Source of the DNA: Octopus sinensis
Lineage: Eukaryota
DNA length: 64,000 bases
Assembly: GCF_006345805.1 (NCBI RefSeq)
Contig: NC_043001.1
Span: 115,630,001 to 115,694,000 of the forward strand
Reading direction: 5' to 3'
The position numbers and the translations under genes are program-made. The notes below the pieces were generated by a model. That model searched no databases. It had not been told where the DNA came from and saw nothing but the letters and a program-made list of their open reading frames with translations. Positions 56,351-64,000 of this stretch are shown piece after piece (the stretch's first letter is position 1; each line of letters begins with the position of its first letter).

Positions 56351-57571
56351 GGTTCATTCTCTCTATTAGACTTGCCGCAACTTGACTATTGACTAATTTG
56401 ACTTTATATGACTTACCTTCTCTTTATTGGTCTGGAATGTAGAATATAATTCTTTTAACAGTTATGGATCTTTTTTTCCTTTATTGTTTATTATTCTATC
56501 AGGGTTCTAGTTTTGGGAAACCCACCCAAATGCAACCAAGTATAAAAATTTCAAAGTTAGTCATGAGTGAACTTTTTTGAGCAAATAGAAAAAAAAAACA
56601 TTGATTTTCATAGTCTTCTAGCAAAAACTCGACAGAATATGATACAGGACTACGGGGTTACAAAAAAGTTGTATCCTCAGTGCACACAGCACGTTGAGAT
56701 ACTGTGACCAGGTTTTGGGTAGGTATTCTGCTTGCTATGGGCAGGTCTTCTTGAGCATGGCAGGGCACCAACCCTCCCAATCCATTGTCATCTCTTCTGT
56801 AAGGCTCAGCATTTTGAGATCAGTTTGCACAACCTCATCCCATACTGGTGGCAAAGATCTCTAACAGCATTTACTAAGACATCTGAAGATGATGCAATAC
56901 TACTATTTAGTGCATCATTTTTATGAAACAAACAATTAGTATTGCATCATAATTCAACAAGTATAAAACATTGACAGCCTGCCAACTATTCATTTGTCCT
57001 TTGTAATCCTTCCACGAAATATCAAAGAATCAAAAGCTAAGCCTTGAAGAGATTTCACAATTGTTATCCAGCTTCCATAAAGAATGGGAAAAAATTATTT
57101 GTGATGAATCTTCTTTTCCTGAAGATGATAATGAAAGTGATCATGCCAATATTGCCTGTTCAGAATTGGATATGATGAGAACAAAATGATTCTTCAAATC
57201 CTTCGATGATGCATGTAGAACATTATTTGAAGGATAAGTCTGAAACTGAAAGGACTCAGGAAGAACACTATTGAAAGGGCACAAGAAGAACTCCACCCAA
57301 CAATGTTTACATGAACAGCTTGGACCTTCCCTTTTTGCAACTAGATTTTAGGATTCAGCTCTTTCATCATTTATATTATTCATGAAGCCAAATCTGGAAA
57401 TCCAAATATGGACAAATGCTGAAGGAACTTGGGTCTATAAAGATAAGTGAATAGAAATAAACTCTGCTGAATTTAGAAAGTCTATTGGATTGATTATTCT
57501 TATTGTAGTTTCCAAATCCAAGCATGAAAACATTACTCAAACTTAGAGTTTTAGAGACAGACACCCCCATT

Positions 57572-57614
<43 letters not shown>

Positions 57615-57799
57615 AATGCATTAATGTACATATAAACTTATATATGAATACATACATCCACATGCACATATATATTGGTGATGTACACAAATACATAACA
57701 GGTATACATAATACTGACATAAGCAACCCATATTGATTCCTGTGTGTAGAAATCAATGGCTTCATAAAGTACAACTGTAACAACTAATGTGAAACAAAC

Positions 57800-59335
57800 G
57801 CATACATACATCATCATCATCATTTAACGATGCTAGCACGGGGTTGGACAGTTCGACCAGGGTCTGGGAAGCCAGGAGGCTACGCCAGGCTCCAGTCTGA
57901 TCTGGCAGTGTTTCTACAGCTGGATGCCCTTCCTAAAGCCAACCACTCCGTGAGTGTAGTGGGTTCTTTTTACATGCCACCGGTACAGAACCCAGTCAAG
58001 GTGGCGCTGGCATCGGCCATGTTCGGATGGTGCTTTTTATGTGCCACAGGCACAGGTATCACAACTACAATTTCCATTTGATTTTTATTTTGATGTTGAT
58101 GTACTTGACTCAATAGGTCTCCTTAAGCACAGCAGGTCACCCTACGATCCAAGGTAAGCGCAGCAGGCCGTCCTGCGGTCGAAGGTACTTTGGATGGGTT
58201 GGGGCTGCTATGTGAAGCTGGTGCAGGAAACAGCCATGAACTCACGTTATCTGTCAGGTCTTCGCAGTCACAGCATACCTCCAAAGTTCTCAGTATTTCG
58301 TCATTGCCTCTGTGAGGCCCAATGTTCAAAGGTCATGCTTGACCACCTAATCCCATGTCTTCCTGGGTCTACCTCTACCCCGGATTCCTTCAACTGTTTG
58401 GGAGTAGCACTTCTTCACTCATCTCTCCTCATCCATCCATAGTACATGACCATACCAGCGCAAACATCTCTCTTGCATGCCACATCTGATGCTTCTTATG
58501 TCCAGCAATTCTCTCAGGGCACTTACACTGTCGTCTGTGCACACTGACATTACACATCCAGCAGATCATACTAGCTTCATTTCTTTCAAGCCTACACATG
58601 TCCTCTGCTGTCACATCCCATATTTCACTACCTTGAAGCAAGGCAGTTTTCTCACATGTGTCATACAATCTACCTTTCACTCTGAGCGAGAGACCCTTTG
58701 TCACCAGTAGGGGTAGAAACTTTCTAAACTTTGCCCAGGCTATTCGTATTCTAGTGGTGACACTCTCTGAGCATCCACCTCCACTACTAACTTGGTCACC
58801 TAGGTAGTGGAAACGATCAACTACTTCTAGTTTCTCCCCCTGGAGTGTGGTGGAATCTGTTTTCTGAGTATCCATTGTGTCTATTGCCCCTGTGTATCTG
58901 CTGCGTATGAAAGCTATCTTCTCAGTTTTCCTCTGATGTTGCTACACCTCTTATGCGTCCATAGCTTACATTGGGTACATCTTATGGAGTTTCTACCTAC
59001 ACCTTTTCTACAGATTGAGCGGGGCCACCTACCTAAGGGTGTGTGTGATGAGTTCACCTTCCTACTTAAATAACTTTGTTCTTCGCTACATTTACTATAA
59101 GGCCTTTTGATTCTAAACCCAACTTCCACACCCAAAATTTCTTTTCTAGTTCCGGTAGTGATTCTGCTATGAGGGCCAGGTCATCAGTATAGAGGAACTC
59201 CCAGGGGCAACCCGTCTTGAATTCCTCTGTTATTGCTTGGACGACTATGATGAATAAAAGGGACTGGGGGCTGAACCTTGGTGGACCCCTACTTCTACCC
59301 GGAATTATTCACTTATATTAATATAACAAATAAAA
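57800..59335 (-). mobile_element. 5'-truncated RTE-clade LINE (RT C-terminal half plus 3' UTR and (GAT)n tail)
   Basis: VGVHQGS, GCPWEFLYTDDLAL, CTQCKLWTHKRC, LEVVDRFHYLG and GLSLRVKGRLY, with frameshifts. Confidence 0.9.
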
Positions 59336-59722
59336 ATAAAAATATACAAAACATACAGAAATCAATGAAGAGAGAAAAGAAACAGTAAGATGATAGATGT
59401 TGACTTCATCAGGTATTTCTGTTTATTTCGAAACCTACAATGAACAGGTCATTTCACAGATGCTAAACTATAAATTTCACAGGGTAAAACATTAAAATTG
59501 ACACCACTAAGTTGAGAATGCTACATCACAGAAAATTTCTGTCTCACTATTGGCTAAAAATACACAGTTTTTTTTAAAGTTTTCATCAAATTTTTTCTCC
59601 ACAAGTACATGGCTTCACAGGAATAAGCATGTAAACTACATCAATATAACCGATTTTCAGATATTTGACTTCCTTTTAAGAGATGCAGATTTTATGAATG
59701 AAACAAACAAGATCTGATGTGG

Positions 59723-60004
59723 ATAAGTTTAGAAAAAGGTAACTCTTGAATTCAGATAGTCAACCAAGGCATGGGTGAGGGCAGTTGCTGAGGCCATCGC
59801 TTCTGCTTTCCTTTTCTAAAGTTCTTTACTGGCCTGTTGCTGTGGAAGGACCTTCAAGAAAAAAGGAAGGCAGAAGCAATGGCCTCAACAACTGCCCTCA
59901 CCCATGTCTTGTTTGACTAACTGAATTCAGGAGTTACCTGTTTGTAAACTTATAAACATCTAATTATTGAAGTGGAAAAATGATCAGAAAAGCCATTTCT
60001 ATTC
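59723..60004. repeat. Foldback element, copy 1 (one arm shortened)
   Basis: aggtaactcttgaattcag...tgggtgagggcagttg pairs with caactgccctcaccca...ctgaattcaggagttacct. Confidence 0.85.
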
Positions 60005-60563
60005 TTTTTTCTTCAAATATAATTATATATATCCACATATATGTATTTAGAAACAAAAAATACTTAAATCCAGTCAAAGTCCATGTACTGAATATGTTCT
60101 TCATCCTCTCATTTACATATTGCATAAAAGAAAAGTATTGGCTAATAAATCTATTTGGTATGAACAAGAGTAAACAAAGAGTAATTTTGGTTAATATGCC
60201 ATTTCAAACTTAGACTTTGGAAAGAGGGTTCCTTAGTAAAGTGGCACCCAAAATTCTATTCTACAAGAAAAATGCTAATGGTTATGTAAAAGTAGTACTT
60301 ATTGAGAGGCTGAATGTACAAAATTTACTTCACTGGGATATAATCTCAGAATGTACTAACAGTAAATTTAATTCTGTCAATATTTAGTACAGTTTGTACT
60401 TTTTCCCTCACTTCAATATTTGGTGGTGATATTACCATTAAGAGAAGCCATTCACAAATATGTTTAGAGCAATAAGGGTTTTTCTGAGATTACATTCTTG
60501 TTAGAGTTATCCATAAGCAGGAGTGATTTTGGATACTGAAGGGGAAAAGCTGATCCCATTTAC

Positions 60564-60613
60564 CTTTGGAAATCTGTTCCATTTTTTGTGTCTCATGTCT
60601 AAGCAAGTATCTA
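60564..60613 (-). pseudogene. 50 nt frameshifted copy of the 51 nt microexon
   Basis: ttcAG and GTAAAT boundaries. 1 nt shorter than 62695-62745. Confidence 0.4.
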
Positions 60614-60918
60614 CTGAATTCAATATTAGTTGTATACCAATTTGGGTTATTTGTTTAAATAAAACTTTAAAAATATATGCATATGAACTGCATTAATAAA
60701 GGTAAGATAAATAAAGGTGTAAAATATAAGTTACATATGAATGTTTGCAAGAAGTTCTTTGCATATGCAATGAAATTTTAACACCTTCAAAGTTTTAATT
60801 TCAATCATACATATATATTAAGCTGCATATTCTACCCAAAGAAAGAATGAGCCAAACTATTTGCTAATCTTGCTCTAATGAAAATAATTTTTTGTTAATA
60901 AATTGCTTATATACTTAC

Positions 60919-60960
60919 CAGCAGGTTTCTTTGAAACGTTAACGTAAGTACCATCCGTGT
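60919..60960 (-). CDS. 42 nt microexon copy (NTDGTYVNVSKKPA)
   Basis: Identical to 51552-51593, with canonical boundaries. Confidence 0.55.
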
Positions 60961-61195
60961 CTTTAAGAAATGAAAAAAAGAACAAATAGCATGGCTATAA
61001 ATAATATTTAAATTAAGATAGCTGTGTACTGATTCTACCATAATAAATACTCATGAGATACACTCAAACACACTCACACATACATACATGCATATTAAAT
61101 ACACAAAAGTTAGAGAGTGACATATTTCATAATAGTTAGCTGTCTGTCTATTTTAAAGATAGGTTCTAAGATCATGCAATATTGATTGTACTTAC

Positions 61196-61255
61196 TTCGT
61201 TGTCCCATTTCTAAATATTTCGGCTCGCTAACCTCAGCACATTGTTCTTCCACAG
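61196..61255 (-). pseudogene. 60 nt microexon copy with TG acceptor
   Basis: Same defective acceptor and intron haplotype as 5742-5801. Confidence 0.55.
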
Positions 61256-61401
61256 CATCAAGAAATAAAATGAAAGGCATATTTATTGTTTGGAGGGTGT
61301 GATTTAAATATTTTGATGATACACAGAAAGTAGCAGCTATATGTAGATAGTAGAAAAAGAAATAGAAAGCCCTTGGTACAGTATTAGTTATCTGAAAAAC
61401 T

Positions 61402-61734
61402 GAATAGAAATGGCTTTTCTGATAATTTTCCACTTTAATTATTAGGTGTTTATAAGTTTAGAGAAAGGTAACTCCTGAATTCAAATAGTTACCCAAGGCA
61501 TGGGTGAGGGCAGTTGCTGAGGCCATTGCTTCTGCTTTCCTTTTCTTTTTGTAGTTCCTTCCTGGACTGTTGTTGTGGAAACCTTCAAGAAAAAGGAAAG
61601 CAAAAGCAATAGCCTCAACAACTGCCCTAAATCATGCTTTAGTTGACTAACTGAATTCAGGTGTTACCTGTTTGTAAACTTATAAACATCTAATTATTGA
61701 AGTGGAAAAATTATCAGAAAAGCCATTTCTATTC
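61402..61734. repeat. 333 bp foldback element, copy 2 (about 145 bp arms)
   Basis: gaatagaaatggcttttctgataa... pairs with ...ttatcagaaaagccatttctattc. Confidence 0.9.
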
Positions 61735-61867
61735 TTCATTTTTGTATTTGGTTTGCAAAATTCTTTATATGAGTTTGTGTGTTGAAGCATATTTTGTGGT
61801 GTCTGGGGAGAGTCATTCTCTTTTATTGCCTTATTATTTAACACACTTACCTGTAAATTTTCCACTC

Positions 61868-61924
<57 letters not shown>

Positions 61925-62016
61925 GAATTTACAAAAACAAAACAAAACAAAAGACAAAGATGGGTGTGTAAACAACAAACAGATGTATTAGTTTAACGCT
62001 CGGGAAGTGAGAAAGT

Positions 62017-62052
62017 CTTTTATGTTTCAAGCCGACGCTCTTTGACAGAAAG
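62017..62052 (-). ncRNA. Degenerate minimal hammerhead-like motif in a PLE-like insert next to (TA)n
   Basis: CUUU-CUGUCAA-A-GAGC(GUCG)GCUU-GAAAC-AUA-AAAG. The fold is retained but the CUGANGA box is mutated. Confidence 0.4.
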
Positions 62053-62694
62053 GAACACAGAAAAAACAGGGACCGAATATAAAAAGAGGGAGAGAAAATA
62101 AAAAAGGTTTAGTGGCTCGCGATCTATCATGGCGAATGATATATATATATCCGGCAAAAAGAAAATGGAGGGGATACAAAAATTACATAGATCAGCCAGT
62201 AGGCATTCTATTAAGTCTATCTATTCCAAAACAAAAGGGAGTATTATAAAAATACATACACATTCAAAGACTGTGTGCTACACAAATATATACAAGTAAA
62301 ACATAAAATATCAGTTCCTTACGGCCGTTTCTGCCAAGAGGCCACAATATCCTCCATCTCTTCAGTGTTCTGTAGGGATTAGTAGATAGAGTTTGGATGC
62401 TGAGTGTGCTAATGATTTTGTAAAAGTAGAACTTATTGAGAGGCTGATTGTACAAAGTGTACTTCTCTAGGATATAATCTCAGAATGTACTAACACTAAT
62501 TTAATTGTCAATATTTAGTACAGTATGTACTATTTCCATCAATTCAATATTTGGTTCTGATATTAACATTAAGGGAAGCTATTCACAAATATGTTTAGAG
62601 CAATAAGGGTTTTTCTAAGATAAATTTCTTGCTAGAGTTATAAATAAACAGGAGTGATTTTGGATACTGGAGGAGAACAGTTAATCACATTTAC

Positions 62695-62745
62695 TATTGC
62701 AAATTTATTCCCATTCATTGTGTCTCATGCCTTGGCAAATATCTA
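62695..62745 (-). CDS. 51 nt microexon-like segment (VDICQGMRHNEWE*)
   Basis: ttcAG acceptor and GTAAAT donor. Contains an in-frame TAA, so it is either terminal or inactivated. Confidence 0.4.
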
Positions 62746-62932
62746 CTGAATTCATTATTACTTAATTATTTGGATTTTTTTGTACAAATTAAGGCTTACA
62801 AAATAAATTTTTATGAACTACATCATTAAGGGTAAGGATTGATAAAAAGGTAAAATATCAGAGTTAAATAGGAATATCTGTAAGAAGTTTATCGTATATG
62901 CAATGGAATTTTAATATTTTGAAAGGTTTTTA

Positions 62933-63290
62933 GGTGTGGCTGTGAGGTAAGAAGTTTAATTTCCAAACACATGGGTCTGGGTTTCGTCATATGATGTGGC
63001 ACCTTGGGCGAGGGTATTCTGCTATAATCCTGGGCTGACCAAAATCTTGTGAATGGATTTGGTATATATATAAGGGAGTGTGTGTGCCTTTGCGTTTGAT
63101 TCCCATCACCACTTGACAATTGTGTTGGTTTGTTCACATCCACATAACTTAGCAGTTTAGCAAAAGAAACCAATAGAATAAGTAAAAGGCTTAAAAATAA
63201 TAAGTACTCGGGTGGATTTGTTGGACTGAACCCTTGAAAGTGGTGCCTTAGCATGGCTGCAGTCCAATGACTGGAACAAATGAAAGACAT
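62933..63290 (+). mobile_element. Old tRNA-derived SINE
   Basis: Decayed head. Tail gtggtgccttagcatggctgcagtccaatgactggaacaa is shared with the 43918 SINE. Confidence 0.75.
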
Positions 63291-63392
63291 GCATTAAGCT
63301 GCCTCTACTACTCAAAGAAAGAGTGAACCAAAATTTTGCTAACTCTTGCTCTAATGAATGAAATTTTATTATTCGATTGCTTATATACTTAC

Positions 63393-63434
63393 CATCAGGT
63401 TTCCTTGAAACATTAACGTAAGAAATCTTCATGT
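63393..63434 (-). CDS. 42 nt microexon (DMKISYVNVSRKPD)
   Basis: ttttttaaAG and GTAAGT boundaries. YVN is conserved despite flanking divergence. Confidence 0.65.
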
Positions 63435-63653
63435 CTTTAAAAAATTAGAAATAAAAACAATAAATAGCGTTATGTTAGTATTGTGTTGATACTACAATAA
63501 TAAATGCTAATGAGACAGACTCAAACACACTCATACACACATATTAAAGATAAAAGTTAGAGAATGATACATTTCATGACTGTTAGCTTTCTGTTAATGT
63601 TTAAGATAATTTCTAAGATCATGCTGTGTACTAACAATATTGTTTATACTTAC

Positions 63654-63713
63654 CTGCTGGTTTCAATTCTAAATAACTGGGCCCACTAGCTTCAGCATAT
63701 TGCTCTTCATTAG
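63654..63713 (-). CDS. 60 nt microexon (ANEEQYAEASGPSYLELKPA)
   Basis: ttttttgaAG and GTAAGT boundaries. Exactly the same length and phase as the other three copies. Confidence 0.65.
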
Positions 63714-64000
63714 CTTCAAAAAATTATAGAAAGATGTGCACATTTATTGTTTGGAGAGGATAGTTTTAATATTTTGATATTGTACAAAAAGTAACTAAAA
63801 AAAATAAAATACTAGTGAGATCTGTGGAAATTCCACAGAACGAAAGAGATTAAGCAAAGCTATTTAAGAAAGAAAGGATGATTGTTATTTGTATTTTGCT
63901 AAGTGATTTCACTTCCAGTTGCAAAATAGTATATGATTTTGAAATTTCCTTCTGCTAAGCACCTTATATTTCTCTCTTTCTCTCTACCTCTTCAACAAAC

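Larger units (their letters stand above)
59723..63800 (-). repeat. Two diverged tandem units, each foldback + 51 nt + 42 nt + 60 nt exon-like segments
   Basis: 59723-60004 matches 61450-61734, 60260-60740 matches 62420-62900, and 60760-61340 matches 63290-63790. Unit 2 is interrupted by a (TA)n/PLE-like insert and a SINE. Confidence 0.85.

Overview
This is AT-rich, microsatellite-dense animal DNA. The [17 protein letters not shown]-type C2H2 fingers and the SINE/LINE set point to an octopus or other coleoid cephalopod (inference). The dominant structure is a giant inverted repeat: positions 1-26868 are the reverse complement of 31137-57456, around a 4.27 kb unique spacer. The left arm runs off the window start, so the repeat is at least about 57 kb. 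The arms are nearly identical near the centre and more diverged outward, with arm-specific insertions (HERO-like retroelement, young SINE) and microhomology-bounded deletions. The inner boundary cuts through a near-complete mariner. A 240 bp hairpin of two inverted Penelope-type hammerhead ribozyme motifs sits within about 1 bp of the palindrome axis. Each arm holds a 4-finger C2H2 pseudogene that is about 5% diverged between arms despite near-identical flanks, plus phase-1 microexons encoding tyrosine motifs (YLEM, YVN). The same microexon module is tandemly repeated at 59.7-63.8 kb. The rest is decayed TEs (mariner, hAT-like, RTE, CR1-like, R4-like, HERO-like, Penelope, tRNA-SINEs, MITEs) and microsatellites. 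No intact full-length gene, true tRNA, rRNA or CRISPR array was found. All alignments were done by eye, so TE boundaries are approximate.
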